A stretch of DNA of 64,000 bases from Sulfurospirillaceae bacterium (GTDB lineage: Bacteria; Campylobacterota; Campylobacteria; Campylobacterales; Sulfurospirillaceae), in NCBI GenBank assembly GCA_033723415.1, contig JAWVXD010000003.1, positions 288,001-352,000 on the forward strand, written 5' to 3'. Both the position numbers and the translations under genes were made by a program. This document shows positions 19,493 through 30,063 of this stretch, one piece after another. The notes beneath the pieces were generated by a model. The model was given only the letters and a program-made list of their open reading frames with translations, searched no databases and was not told the origin of the DNA. Each line of letters starts with the position of its first letter. The first letter of the stretch is position 1.

Positions 19493-20682
19493 CTATTATT
19501 GGAGCAGGAGCTTCAGGACTTGTTGCGGCAATAGTCGCAGCAAGAAACGGAGCAAAGGTCTGTGTTTATGAAAAAAATTCTAAAATAGGTAAAAAGATCT
19601 TAGCTACAGGGAACGGTAGATGCAATATCACAAACAAAAATATCCAAACTTCAAATTATCATGGTTTAAATTCATCATTTGTAAATCCTGCGATAAATAA
19701 ATTTAACACTTCTATGTGTATAGATTTTTTTAGAGAACTGGGAATAGAGATGTTTGAGGGGAACAACGGTAGACTTTATCCAAAGAGTCACCAATCTTCA
19801 AGCGTAGTTGAACTGTTAGCTTACGAATGTAATATTTTAGGCGTAGAATTTTTATTAAATTTTGAAGTTGATAAAATTACAAAGGAAAATGGCAAATTTG
19901 CTATTTTTTCTGCAGAAAATAAAAAGTATGCAGATAAAGTTTTGATATCTACAGGCGGCTTGGCAATGCCTACATTAGGAAGCAGTGACAGTGGATATAA
20001 AATTGCCAAAACATTTGGACACAGTATCATATCACCTTGTGCATCTTTGGTTCAATTAGAATGTGAAGATGATCTCAAAAGTATAAACGGTGTAAAAATT
20101 GAAGGTAATATAGAGATATTAGTTGATGGACAAAGTGTTAGCAAGAAAAATGGAGACATTCTTTTTACAAACTATGGCATCTCAGGTTCTGCTATCTTAG
20201 ATGTAAGTAGAAGTGCTGCAAAGGCTTTGGAATTTCAAAGAGATGTTATAGCCATGCTAGATCTGATACCGGAATATTCAAAAGAACAGTTGAAAAATAT
20301 ACTGATAAAAAGAAAAAAATTTTCCAATAAAAAAAGTTTGGAAATATGGTTGGACGGGTTTATAAATTCAAAATTGGCTAAATTTATAGCTAAAGATTTT
20401 CCTGTTAAAAAGGCAGATGATCTTAATACAAAAGATATTGTAAGACTTGTTTATTTATTTAAAAATATGAAACTCAAAGTAACCGGGACAAGAGGTTTTA
20501 AAAGTGCAGAAGTAACAGCCGGCGGTATAAATACAGATGAAATAAATGCACAAACTATGGAATCAAAATTCCAAAAAGGACTTTTCTTTAGCGGTGAAGT
20601 ATTGGATATTGATGGAGATTGCGGTGGATATAATCTTCACTGGGCATGGGCTAGCGGATATACAGTAGGTAAAAATATTTAA
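19477..20682 (+). CDS. HI0933/YhiN/BaiN family NAD(P)/FAD-dependent oxidoreductase
   Basis: GAGASG, GKKILATGNGRCNITN, GEVLDIDGDCGGYNLHWAWASG; TTG start. Confidence 0.92.
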   Translation: MLKSVAIIGAGASGLVAAIVAARNGAKVCVYEKNSKIGKKILATGNGRCNITNKNIQTSNYHGLNSSFVNPAINKFNTSMCIDFFRELGIEMFEGNNGRLYPKSHQSSSVVELLAYECNILGVEFLLNFEVDKITKENGKFAIFSAENKKYADKVLISTGGLAMPTLGSSDSGYKIAKTFGHSIISPCASLVQLECEDDLKSINGVKIEGNIEILVDGQSVSKKNGDILFTNYGISGSAILDVSRSAAKALEFQRDVIAMLDLIPEYSKEQLKNILIKRKKFSNKKSLEIWLDGFINSKLAKFIAKDFPVKKADDLNTKDIVRLVYLFKNMKLKVTGTRGFKSAEVTAGGINTDEINAQTMESKFQKGLFFSGEVLDIDGDCGGYNLHWAWASGYTVGKNI

Positions 20683-20755
20683 GTACTTAGTCTATTTTTT
20701 AAGAGCTTTTTTTGTAGAATCGATTAAGATATACTAATGTTGAAGCTAAACTTTT

Positions 20756-20912
20756 TGCATAAAGTGCAAGCTTTAATGAGATGATATTTACTTGGGTTTT
20801 TACCCAAGTCAAAGAAGAAATAAGATAAAAATTCTGCATAAAGTGCAAGCTTTAGTGAGATGAATTTTGTTTGGGTTTTACTCAAACAAAAGAAGAAATT
20901 AAATAGAAAGAA
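20756..20912 (+). repeat. Two tandem ~79-bp imperfect repeats, each with a hairpin, upstream of dnaE
   Basis: Units start tgcataaagtgcaagcttta at 20756 and 20835; hairpins at 20790-20809 and 20865-20891. Confidence 0.9.
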
Positions 20913-20920
20913 ATAAAATT

Positions 20921-23900
20921 ATGAAATTTACACATTTACATTTACATACCGAATATTCACTTTTAGACGGTGCAAATAAGATAGCTAAATTAGCAAGCGA
21001 GCTTAAAAAACAAGGAGTTGAATCTGTTGCTATAACAGATCATGGCAATATGTTCGGTGCTATAGATTTTTATAAGACTATGAAAAGTGTAGGAATTAAA
21101 CCGATAATCGGTATGGAAGCATATATACACAACAAAGATGAGATAGATGACAAATCTACGAAACAAAGATTTCACCTTTGTTTACATGCGAAAAATGAGA
21201 TAGGATACAAAAATTTGATGTATCTATCTTCTCAAAGCTTTATAAATGGATTTTATTATTATCCCAGGATCAACAAAAAAATGTTGAGAGAGAGAAGTGA
21301 GGGATTGATCTGTACAAGTGCTTGTTTACAGGGTGAAGTAAATTGGCATCTTAATACAAATAATCCTAGGAATGTACAATTTGGTGCAAAAGGTTATGAA
21401 GGCGCCAAAGCTGTAGCATTAGAATACAAAGATATATTTGGGGATGATTTTTATTTAGAACTTATGCGTCATGGAATAGGGGACCAACAATATATCGATG
21501 AGAGTACGATCAGATTATCAAAAGAGACAGGTATCAAGATAATCGCTACAAATGACACGCATTATCTTAAAGAAGATAATGCAGAAGCTCATGAAGCATT
21601 TATGTGTATAGCTATGAATAAAGAGTTTGATGACCCAAATAGGCTTCGTCATTCTGTTCATGAGTTTTATCTTAAATCTCCTGAAGAGATAGCTCAGTTA
21701 TATGCTGACATCCCTGAAGCTATATTAAATACTCAAGAGATAGTAGAAAAATGTAATCTTGACATAAAATTAGGAGATCCGACTCCTCCAAAATTTAAAT
21801 TTACCAAAGAATATGCTAAGAAAGAGGGATTAATCTGTGAAAATGATGATGAGTATTTTAGACATCAATGCAAGATAGGATTGGAACAGAGATTAGAGTT
21901 AGTGGATGTTTCTCTTCATGATGAGTACAGAGAAAGACTAGAGACTGAGATGGATATAATCTGCAATATGAAATTCCCGGGTTACATGCTGATAGTTTGG
22001 GATTTTATACGTGAAGCCAAAAAACGAGGAATTCCTGTAGGTCCAGGTCGGGGTAGTGCGGCTGGAAGTTTGGTCGCTTTTTCTTTGTTTATTACAGATA
22101 TTGATCCGATGAAGTACAATCTTCTTTTTGAGAGATTTTTGAATCCGGAGCGTGTAAGCATGCCCGATATTGATATTGATTTTTGTCAAAGTAGACGTGG
22201 AGAGATCATAGATTATGTCGTACAAAAATATGGAAGATACAATGTTGCGCAGGTTATCACTTTTGGTAAGCTTTTGGCAAAAGGTGTTATAAGGGATGTT
22301 GCAAGAGTTTTAGGTGTCCCGTATGCAAAAGCCGATAAGATGGCAAAACTGGTGCCTGATGAATTGGAAATCACTCTAAACGGTAAAGGAGTTGAAGGTG
22401 AAGAAGGTTTTAAACCAGGTGCTTTTCAAAAAGAGGAAAAATTAAGACAATGGATAGAAGAAGATCCTGAGATAGCAAGAGTTTGGAAATTTGCTTTGGC
22501 TTTAGAGGGACTAAACAGGAACTCAGGTATGCATGCAGCAGGAGTTGTTATAAGCGATGAAGAACTCTGGCATAAAACACCTCTTTACAAACCATCTGGT
22601 GAAGAACAGCTTGTCACTCAATATTCACTGAATTATCTTGAGGATGTAGATCTTATAAAATTCGACTTTCTTGGTTTAAAGACTTTAACGGTTATAGATA
22701 AGGCTCTAAAACTCATCAAAAAAAGGTATGGCAAAGAGATAGATTTTAACAGTATTGATGTAAATGACCCAAATATCTATAAACTTATACAAAGTGGACA
22801 TACGATAGGTTTATTTCAGATCGAATCAAGCGGTATGCAATCACTTAATGAAAGATTGAAGCCTACGAATTTTGAAGATATCGTCGCGGTACTGGCACTG
22901 TATCGTCCGGGTCCTATGGAATCGGGAATGTTAAATGACTTCATAGATAGAAAACACGGAATCAAAGAGATAGATTATTTTTATGATGAGTTTACAAAAC
23001 CTCTCAAACCTATACTAGAAGCTACTTATGGTGTTATTGTTTATCAAGAACAAGTTATGCAGATAGTGCAGGCGATAGGTGGATTCAGCTTAGGAAAATC
23101 AGATATCGTTAGACGGGCTATGGGTAAGAAAAAAATCTCAGAAATGCTCAAATATAAAACAGAATTTGCAAACGGAGCTAAAGAAAAGGGCTACAACTAT
23201 GATCATGCGATAGAACTTTTTGAATTGATCGAGAAATTTGCAGGTTATGGTTTCAATAAATCTCACTCTGCAGCTTATGCTATGATAACATTCCAAACCG
23301 CCTATCTTAAGAACTATTATCCGCAAGAGTTTATGGCAGCACTTTTGACAAGTGAACAAGACAATACTGATAAGATAGTCAAATATATTGATGAAGTAAA
23401 GAGACTTGGAATAAAACTTTCTCCACCAAGTGTAAAGAAAAGTTTGATTGAGTTCACAGCAGTTAAAGACGAGAATGGTGAAGAAACTATATTGTTTGGA
23501 TTAGGTGCTGTAAAAGGTATGGGAAGTTCTGCTATTACTAAAATACTTGAAGCAAGAGCTGAGGAAAATTTTAAAGATCTTGATGATTTTCTTTCCAAAA
23601 TAGACACGTCAAAAGTTAATAAAAGAGTTATTGAATCTCTTATAAAATCAGGAAGTTTGGATGATTTTTCACATACGAGAAGGGCACTGCTTGATAATAT
23701 AGAAAAGATAGTGGAAACTGCAGGAGAGTGTGCTAGAGCTAAAAAGATGGCTGAAAATTCTCTTTTTGGAGATGATGCCGAGTTGGTATCTTTGCATATA
23801 GATATACCAAATGTGCCTGAATTTGATATGAAAAAAGTATTGGAATTTGAAAAAGATACGATGGGATTTTATGTTTCAGGTCATCCATTGGATGAATATA

Positions 23901-24457
23901 AAGAAGCGATCGATGCCATTTCTTATACACTTTCAAGTGAAATAGACAATTTAGGTGATGGAAGTACGGCACTTTTTATAGGCAAAGTAGAAGAAATAAC
24001 AGAAAAAATAAGCAAAAAAGGTCACAAATTCGCTATTTTAAATCTTATGGACTTTCATGGAAATATCGAGATAACACTCTTTTCTAAACATTTGGACAAG
24101 ATAGAACGGATGAATAAAGAAGAACCTATATGCCTAAAAGTTTCTATAACAAGAGATGACAGAGGTGTCAATAAAAGGGTCTTGAAGATTTTAAATATTG
24201 AAGAGGCGAAGAAAGAAAAAACAGAAACAAAAGTTATTGAAGTAGAAGCAGAACCTAAAACCTTATTTATTGAATTCCAAAAGAATTATGAGATATTGGA
24301 GGATCTATACAGACTGGTAAGAGAAAATCCAGGGAATAGGCCATTGAAGCTAGTATTTTCTTCAAAATTACAAGATGTTGTTTTTGATACTTACTTAAAA
24401 GTTTCAGATGACATAGATGAGAAACTTAAAGAAATAAATTTGGCAGGGGTAGCATAA
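20921..24457 (+). CDS. dnaE: DNA polymerase III alpha subunit
   Basis: HLHLHTEYSLLDG PHP domain, GPGRGSAAGS, PDIDIDF, YGFNKSHS. Confidence 0.98.
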   Translation: MKFTHLHLHTEYSLLDGANKIAKLASELKKQGVESVAITDHGNMFGAIDFYKTMKSVGIKPIIGMEAYIHNKDEIDDKSTKQRFHLCLHAKNEIGYKNLMYLSSQSFINGFYYYPRINKKMLRERSEGLICTSACLQGEVNWHLNTNNPRNVQFGAKGYEGAKAVALEYKDIFGDDFYLELMRHGIGDQQYIDESTIRLSKETGIKIIATNDTHYLKEDNAEAHEAFMCIAMNKEFDDPNRLRHSVHEFYLKSPEEIAQLYADIPEAILNTQEIVEKCNLDIKLGDPTPPKFKFTKEYAKKEGLICENDDEYFRHQCKIGLEQRLELVDVSLHDEYRERLETEMDIICNMKFPGYMLIVWDFIREAKKRGIPVGPGRGSAAGSLVAFSLFITDIDPMKYNLLFERFLNPERVSMPDIDIDFCQSRRGEIIDYVVQKYGRYNVAQVITFGKLLAKGVIRDVARVLGVPYAKADKMAKLVPDELEITLNGKGVEGEEGFKPGAFQKEEKLRQWIEEDPEIARVWKFALALEGLNRNSGMHAAGVVISDEELWHKTPLYKPSGEEQLVTQYSLNYLEDVDLIKFDFLGLKTLTVIDKALKLIKKRYGKEIDFNSIDVNDPNIYKLIQSGHTIGLFQIESSGMQSLNERLKPTNFEDIVAVLALYRPGPMESGMLNDFIDRKHGIKEIDYFYDEFTKPLKPILEATYGVIVYQEQVMQIVQAIGGFSLGKSDIVRRAMGKKKISEMLKYKTEFANGAKEKGYNYDHAIELFELIEKFAGYGFNKSHSAAYAMITFQTAYLKNYYPQEFMAALLTSEQDNTDKIVKYIDEVKRLGIKLSPPSVKKSLIEFTAVKDENGEETILFGLGAVKGMGSSAITKILEARAEENFKDLDDFLSKIDTSKVNKRVIESLIKSGSLDDFSHTRRALLDNIEKIVETAGECARAKKMAENSLFGDDAELVSLHIDIPNVPEFDMKKVLEFEKDTMGFYVSGHPLDEYKEAIDAISYTLSSEIDNLGDGSTALFIGKVEEITEKISKKGHKFAILNLMDFHGNIEITLFSKHLDKIERMNKEEPICLKVSITRDDRGVNKRVLKILNIEEAKKEKTETKVIEVEAEPKTLFIEFQKNYEILEDLYRLVRENPGNRPLKLVFSSKLQDVVFDTYLKVSDDIDEKLKEINLAGVA

Positions 24458-24466
24458 CGTCTACCC

Positions 24467-24853
24467 TTAAATATCTTTTAAATAGTTTTCCATGACATCT
24501 GTCATCGTGAGGATCCCTTCTATCTCGTTATTGTCTATTACGAGTAGTCTTTTGACATTTGCTTTGACCATCAATTGTACGGCATAAGTGACATTTAACT
24601 CTTCAGATACCTGAAATGCCGGTTTTGAGCAGATGTCATAAACTCGGAGTAGATCAATATCCCCATCGTTTGAAATTATTGAAAACATTATATTTTTATA
24701 GGTCAATAATCCATATGCATCGCTAGGTCTTAATTTATCGACAATGAGGGATTTTACTTTTCTCTCTTTCATCATTTTTAAAGCATCTCTGATCGGTGAC
24801 ATTGGTGATACAATAGATAGGTTATTTTTTTTCATAATATCTCTTACTAACAT
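24467..24853 (-). CDS. Stand-alone CBS (Bateman) domain protein
   Basis: Two CBS repeats (VRDIM...GLLTYKNI; ...GILTMTDV); AGGAG RBS. Confidence 0.88.
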   Translation of the reverse strand: MLVRDIMKKNNLSIVSPMSPIRDALKMMKERKVKSLIVDKLRPSDAYGLLTYKNIMFSIISNDGDIDLLRVYDICSKPAFQVSEELNVTYAVQLMVKANVKRLLVIDNNEIEGILTMTDVMENYLKDI

Positions 24854-24863
24854 GACAACTCCT

Positions 24864-25217
24864 TTATAATTCGTTTTTTATCTCTTCTTCAAAAAAATCA
24901 ATTTCATCTACATCTAATCCGGCTAGATGAGTTAGAGGAAATGTAAAAAGCATACCATTTCTGTTTTCTTTACTATCCATATCCAATTCATGTTTCAATT
25001 TTTTGAATATTACGGTAGATACCCGCTTAGGCAATATAAACAGAAGAACAGATACATTTTCTTCCAACGTAAGACCAAAAAATACTTTTTTTTCTTTTAA
25101 TCCTATATTTTTACCATGAAGTATAGTGACACTTCCGGCACCTGCTTCTTTTGCGATTTTTATAACATTTTCTTCTTGGGCATCAGGTATGATAGCTGCC
25201 AAAACAATAAATTGCAT
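24864..25217 (-). CDS. PII-like family protein
   Basis: AKEAGAGSVTILHGKNIG...FFGL...GMLFTFPL pattern of PII-like proteins; no canonical T-loop Tyr. Confidence 0.8.
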   Translation of the reverse strand: MQFIVLAAIIPDAQEENVIKIAKEAGAGSVTILHGKNIGLKEKKVFFGLTLEENVSVLLFILPKRVSTVIFKKLKHELDMDSKENRNGMLFTFPLTHLAGLDVDEIDFFEEEIKNEL

Positions 25218-25218
25218 T

Positions 25219-26715
25219 TTATTTTCTCCTCTTTGAAATTTGTGTGACTAATATACCGTATCCCATGACTGTTATCATAGGGAATAAAGATGCAAATGCG
25301 ATCAAGCCAAAGCCATCTATCAATACGCTTCTTCCAGGTATATTACGTGCTAGCCCTAAACCTAAAGCAGCAACTAATGGTACGGTGACAGTCGAGGTTG
25401 TAACACCTCCACTGTCATATGCTATGGGAATTATGTATTTTGGTGCAAAATATGTCAGTATAATAACAAAAATATATCCTGTTATGATATAGTAGTAAAT
25501 CGGATCACCATGTACAATTCTATAGGAGCCGAGCGATATTCCAATAGCCACACCAAGAGCTACAGAAATCCTTAGAACAGATTGATTTATATTTCCTTCA
25601 CTTATCTCGTTTGCTTTGGAAGCTATAGCTATGAGTGCCGGTTCAGCCATAGTAGTTGAAAAACCAATAGAAAACCCAAAAAGATATATGTACCATACAT
25701 TTTTCATACTTGTCAATGAAGTTGCCAATTCTGCACCTATTGGGAATAATCCAAATTCTAGTCCCAAGATAAAGGCATACAATCCTACCAATACCATAAA
25801 AATTCCACTAGTAACCTTTGGAATATGAGGTATAGCTTTTTTTATGACGAAATACTGAAAGAATCCTATCACCAAGATTATAGGGATCACATCTTTTGCT
25901 ACATTTAAAAAGTCAAAAAACAATCTTATAAAACCCAAATTATTTATCTGATCTACGGTTGTTACAGTATGTGTTAAGATTTTTGTATTTGTAGGAGCAT
26001 CAAAAAAATTGTAAACGACTATACCATATAATTGTACAAATATCATAGGTGTTAAAGAAGCAAATGCTATCAACCCAAAACCATCGATCGCAGGATTCCT
26101 GCCTTTTATGCTGGAGGCCAAACCTATGCCTAAAGCAGCCACTAAGGGTACGGTAACGGTTGAGGTTGTAACTCCTCCGCTGTCATATGCAAGACCTATG
26201 ATTTGCTGTGGTGCAAAAAAAGTTATAATGACTACTATAATGTATCCGGCGATTATATAATAATGTACAGGGTGTCCCAAAAGAATTCTAAGAACTCCTA
26301 TGGAAATTGCAAAGCCTACAGCGATAGCAACAGTCAATCGTAAGAAAAATGCATCTATCCTTCCATCGCTGATGATTGAGGCCTTGTGCGCTATTGCTAT
26401 GAGTGCCGGTTCTGCTATAGTCGTTGCAAAGCCTAAAAAAAATGCAAATAACAAAAGCCAAAATAGAGATCCTTTTTTAGCAAAATCAGTTGCAAGATTT
26501 TCTCCCACAGGGAATATACCTATCTCAAGACCCCGTATGAACATAGCAAGTCCAAAAACTATAATACATAATCCAACTATAATCGAGACTAAATTTTTTG
26601 GTACTTCTCCGATTATCCATATCTGAAAGAAAGAAATGACTATGACAATAGGCACTAGATCTTTCATGGAATTCAGTATATCGTGTAAGAAAATATTTAT
26701 GCTCTCTTTAAGCAA
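25219..26715 (-). CDS. DUF1538 family membrane protein (two fused repeats)
   Basis: Duplicated motifs [30 protein letters not shown] and [11 protein letters not shown]. Confidence 0.87.
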   Translation of the reverse strand: MLKESINIFLHDILNSMKDLVPIVIVISFFQIWIIGEVPKNLVSIIVGLCIIVFGLAMFIRGLEIGIFPVGENLATDFAKKGSLFWLLLFAFFLGFATTIAEPALIAIAHKASIISDGRIDAFFLRLTVAIAVGFAISIGVLRILLGHPVHYYIIAGYIIVVIITFFAPQQIIGLAYDSGGVTTSTVTVPLVAALGIGLASSIKGRNPAIDGFGLIAFASLTPMIFVQLYGIVVYNFFDAPTNTKILTHTVTTVDQINNLGFIRLFFDFLNVAKDVIPIILVIGFFQYFVIKKAIPHIPKVTSGIFMVLVGLYAFILGLEFGLFPIGAELATSLTSMKNVWYIYLFGFSIGFSTTMAEPALIAIASKANEISEGNINQSVLRISVALGVAIGISLGSYRIVHGDPIYYYIITGYIFVIILTYFAPKYIIPIAYDSGGVTTSTVTVPLVAALGLGLARNIPGRSVLIDGFGLIAFASLFPMITVMGYGILVTQISKRRK

Positions 26716-27736
26716 TGTCTTTTCCTAAGATTATCTGAAATGCTTTTGGATTATTTATAAACCTTATCTCTCCTCCATGTGCTTTTATAATCTGAGAAGA
26801 AAGAGCAAGTCCCAGTCCATTGCCTTTTGTTTTTGTTGTCTTAAAAGGTTCAAAAAGAATATTTTCATTTTTGATCTTTTTCCCGTCATCACTGATATAA
26901 AAAAGATTTTGTTCATTTTCTTCGTAATATGAAATTTGTATTTTCCCATCTTCTTTGTCAGATTCTTCTATGGCATCGATTGCATTAAATATGAAGTTTT
27001 GAAAAACTAAGCATAAAAGATCGAAATCACCTTTGATTTGTATATCCGGCAGATTAAAATGAAAATCTATATTTTTAGAATAGGTGTAATAAGATATGGA
27101 TTGTTCCAGATCATCTATCAAACTTGATAGAGAAAAGTATTTTGCATCTACGTTGAGCCCTTTTGTGAAAAGTAAAGTTGCTTTGATTATTCTCTCAACT
27201 CTCCAGATTGATTTTCTCATCTCTAAGACTAACGGCTTAGTTTTTGTGTCAACTTTTTTATATAGAGTAGATGCCAAAAGTGAGACTGAGCCGATGGGAT
27301 TTCTTATCTCATGTGATAGATGAGCCGCAACTTGTCCCATGGAGATAAGTCTTTCTTGTCTTTTTTCTTCAGTTATATCTGTCGCACTTATGATCGTTTT
27401 TTCAGTTTGTTCTACTGTTTTTACAATGAAATATGAATCTTTGTATTTAAACTCTTTTCTATTTTTATTTTCTAAAATCTTGTGTAAGAGAGGTTCTAAT
27501 TCTTTAGCATCGCTATTTTGTAAGAAGATATCTCCGTTTTCATCAAGTACCCATAGGGCATTAGGCTGTACTTCTATGATCTGTTTTATGAAGTTTTGTA
27601 ATGACGAATATGATTCATTTAATTTTTTATACTCATTTTCGATTACGTATGTCTGGTTTATTAGATCATTTAAGCCTTTTTTGAATATCTCTTTTTCTTT
27701 TGTATTGAGGGAGTTTAATAAACTTTCGTCAATCAT
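26708..27736 (-). CDS. flgS: Cytoplasmic sensor histidine kinase, FlgS-like
   Basis: [14 protein letters not shown]-terminus, [14 protein letters not shown]-box, [13 protein letters not shown]; no TM helices; ATG at 27736. Confidence 0.85.
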   Translation of the reverse strand: MIDESLLNSLNTKEKEIFKKGLNDLINQTYVIENEYKKLNESYSSLQNFIKQIIEVQPNALWVLDENGDIFLQNSDAKELEPLLHKILENKNRKEFKYKDSYFIVKTVEQTEKTIISATDITEEKRQERLISMGQVAAHLSHEIRNPIGSVSLLASTLYKKVDTKTKPLVLEMRKSIWRVERIIKATLLFTKGLNVDAKYFSLSSLIDDLEQSISYYTYSKNIDFHFNLPDIQIKGDFDLLCLVFQNFIFNAIDAIEESDKEDGKIQISYYEENEQNLFYISDDGKKIKNENILFEPFKTTKTKGNGLGLALSSQIIKAHGGEIRFINNPKAFQIILGKDIA

Positions 27737-28613
27737 TGAATAGCCTTTCAAAATCATCTAAAGTATATAACTCTATATTAACATATTTTTTTGATTCTAG
27801 CTCTTTTGAATAACCACTTTTTGAAAATAGAGCAAATTTATCTATACCCAAATCAGCTTTTTGGCATTTGTTTATCAAAGAATTTAAAACATTTTTACAA
27901 ATTTTAGTATTTTTCCACTTTGCTTCACCTGCAATATTTAGAGAATTTGTCTTGATAAGTAGATCAATCTCAAGATTTTTATCCCAATATCCGCCGGTTG
28001 ATATGATTTGTTCATTTTTGTATACATGACGTAAAAGTTCGTTTGATAGGTTTTCAAACTCAAGACTTATAAATTTATCTAAAAAAGGTGCTATGTCAAT
28101 TTCGTATGAAATTTCATTTTTGTGTATATTCGGAGCAATAAATGTAAACCAAAATCTTGTAAAATTGTCTGAAAATTGGAGTTTGTCTTGTATTTTGTAT
28201 CTTCTTAGATCTTTTTTTATGAGTTGTTTCGTAGAGGTTTTTATAGGGGTCTCTCTACTTTTTTCTTTTTTGATGATCTTGTTCTCAAAAAGATACTTAT
28301 AAAGAACTCTGCCTTTCGTTTGAGACAATTTTTCTTTATTGTATACAGTATAACTTTTTCTATCTCCTTTTGCGATTCTTGTTAGTATTTTCTCTAGCAG
28401 TTTTTGAGTTGCGATTTCTTTATCATAAATAAAAGATGATTTGAGTTCTTCAATCTTGTCTATTATCTCTTCTTTTATTGTGGTATTGAGAGAATTTGTA
28501 AATTTTATATTTGATAAATTGTGATGACCGTCAAAAATAGAGTAATAAATTATGCATTCTTCTATGTTTAAATATGGAAATTTTTTCTTAAAATTCTGAA
28601 ATTTACTTTGCAA
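27729..28613 (-). CDS. DUF234-domain protein (PD-(D/E)xK-like C-terminus)
   Basis: FSDNFTRFWFTF, YWDKNLEIDL...GEAKW, LFSKSGYS; no P-loop. Confidence 0.75.
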   Translation of the reverse strand: MQSKFQNFKKKFPYLNIEECIIYYSIFDGHHNLSNIKFTNSLNTTIKEEIIDKIEELKSSFIYDKEIATQKLLEKILTRIAKGDRKSYTVYNKEKLSQTKGRVLYKYLFENKIIKKEKSRETPIKTSTKQLIKKDLRRYKIQDKLQFSDNFTRFWFTFIAPNIHKNEISYEIDIAPFLDKFISLEFENLSNELLRHVYKNEQIISTGGYWDKNLEIDLLIKTNSLNIAGEAKWKNTKICKNVLNSLINKCQKADLGIDKFALFSKSGYSKELESKKYVNIELYTLDDFERLFND

Positions 28614-28614
28614 T

Positions 28615-30063
28615 CTAGAATTTTTTCCAAAATGATTTACTTAGCAGAATAAAGACAGTGTAACATTCTAATCTTCCTATTATCATAGCAAAGGAGAGTA
28701 TGATTTTGTCATACCATGAAAAAAAAGCGTAATTATTTACAGGTCCGGTTAGAGAAAAACCAGGTCCTGTATTGCCGACAATCGTCATAGCTGTACTTAT
28801 AGAGGTCATCTCATCATATCCTCTGGCATAAAGATACAACATGACAAAGAAAATAGTAAGAATAAAAAGTGAGAAAAATCCAAATATAGAACTAATGACA
28901 GAATTCTTTATCGGCTTATCATCTATGAAAATAGAAGCTATAGATTCAGGCTTTAGAGATCTTCTTATCTCTATGGATATATTTTTAAAGTAGATTATAT
29001 ATCTGATGATTTTGGCTCCACCTGCAGTTGAGCCTGCATTCGCGCCTGTTATCATTGCTATCAGGATCAACGCTATGGAAAAGTGACTCCATGTCGAATA
29101 ATCAGTAGAAACGAAACCTGTGCTTGTCATGATAGAAGATATAGTAAAAGCAGAATGTTTAAAAACATCATAAAGATCCATGCTGTTTGAGTTATAGTGT
29201 GAAAATGTCAGCAAGAGTGACAATATAGCAAGTATACCAATATACCATTTTACCTCTTCAGAGTTGTAACTCTTATAATCACCACCTATGAATTTGATGT
29301 GTGCCAGAAAATTTATACCTGATATGATCATGAAAAATATGGTCGTCCATATAATGCCGTCATTATTTGAAAAAAATGCAAATGATGAATTTTTGGTAGA
29401 AAATCCTCCTGTTGAAACAGTTGCAAAGGCATGATTTACAGCATCGAACCAATTCATCCCAAAAAATTTTAAACATAGTATATTTGATATTGTGATTAAA
29501 AAATAAACGCCCCAGAGTTTATTTGCCGTATGTTTTATCTTTGGAGTTATCTTATCTATAGAAATACCTGTAGATTCTGCTCTAAAAAGACTGAGAGAAC
29601 CGCTTGGATTGATAAGAGGGAAAAGACCGACACCTAATACTATGATCCCCATACCGCCGATCCAGTGCATAAGGCTCCTATGAAATAGTATACTTTTAGG
29701 AAGAGATTCTATATTTCCATACACAGTTGCACCTGTTGTTGTAAAACCGCTTATGGCTTCAAAAAAGCCACTTGAAAAATCAATACCGGTTTGCAACACC
29801 AAAGGGAGTGCACCTCCTATGCCTAGTAAAATCCAGATGAGATTTACAGAGATAATACTTTCTTTTATACTTAGTGAAAAGTTATGTTTTCTAAGTGAGA
29901 TAAAAACCAAAAAATTTATAATAAGGAGAGAGAAGATAGCTATAAAATGAAGTTTAATGTTTTCGTGATAAAATAATCCAATAATAATAGGTAATAAAAA
30001 AGCTAAAAAAATAATTATACCGACTGCAGAAACAAATTTTGATATGCTTTTAATGCTCATCAT
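28615..30063 (-). CDS. trkH: Trk potassium uptake membrane protein
   Basis: SGFTTTGAT, STGGFS, TSTGF, GSTAGG, MIIGRLE pore motifs; ATG at 30063 overlaps the trkA stop. Confidence 0.93.
   Translation of the reverse strand: MMSIKSISKFVSAVGIIIFLAFLLPIIIGLFYHENIKLHFIAIFSLLIINFLVFISLRKHNFSLSIKESIISVNLIWILLGIGGALPLVLQTGIDFSSGFFEAISGFTTTGATVYGNIESLPKSILFHRSLMHWIGGMGIIVLGVGLFPLINPSGSLSLFRAESTGISIDKITPKIKHTANKLWGVYFLITISNILCLKFFGMNWFDAVNHAFATVSTGGFSTKNSSFAFFSNNDGIIWTTIFFMIISGINFLAHIKFIGGDYKSYNSEEVKWYIGILAILSLLLTFSHYNSNSMDLYDVFKHSAFTISSIMTSTGFVSTDYSTWSHFSIALILIAMITGANAGSTAGGAKIIRYIIYFKNISIEIRRSLKPESIASIFIDDKPIKNSVISSIFGFFSLFILTIFFVMLYLYARGYDEMTSISTAMTIVGNTGPGFSLTGPVNNYAFFSWYDKIILSFAMIIGRLECYTVFILLSKSFWKKF

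Noticed and set aside
20756..20912. Tandem repeat as a mini CRISPR array
   Set aside because: Only two units; the variable parts are homologous hairpins rather than unique spacers; no cas genes in the window.
25300..26420. DNA direct repeats inside the DUF1538 gene
   Set aside because: Explained by the internal domain duplication of the protein, not a mobile element.
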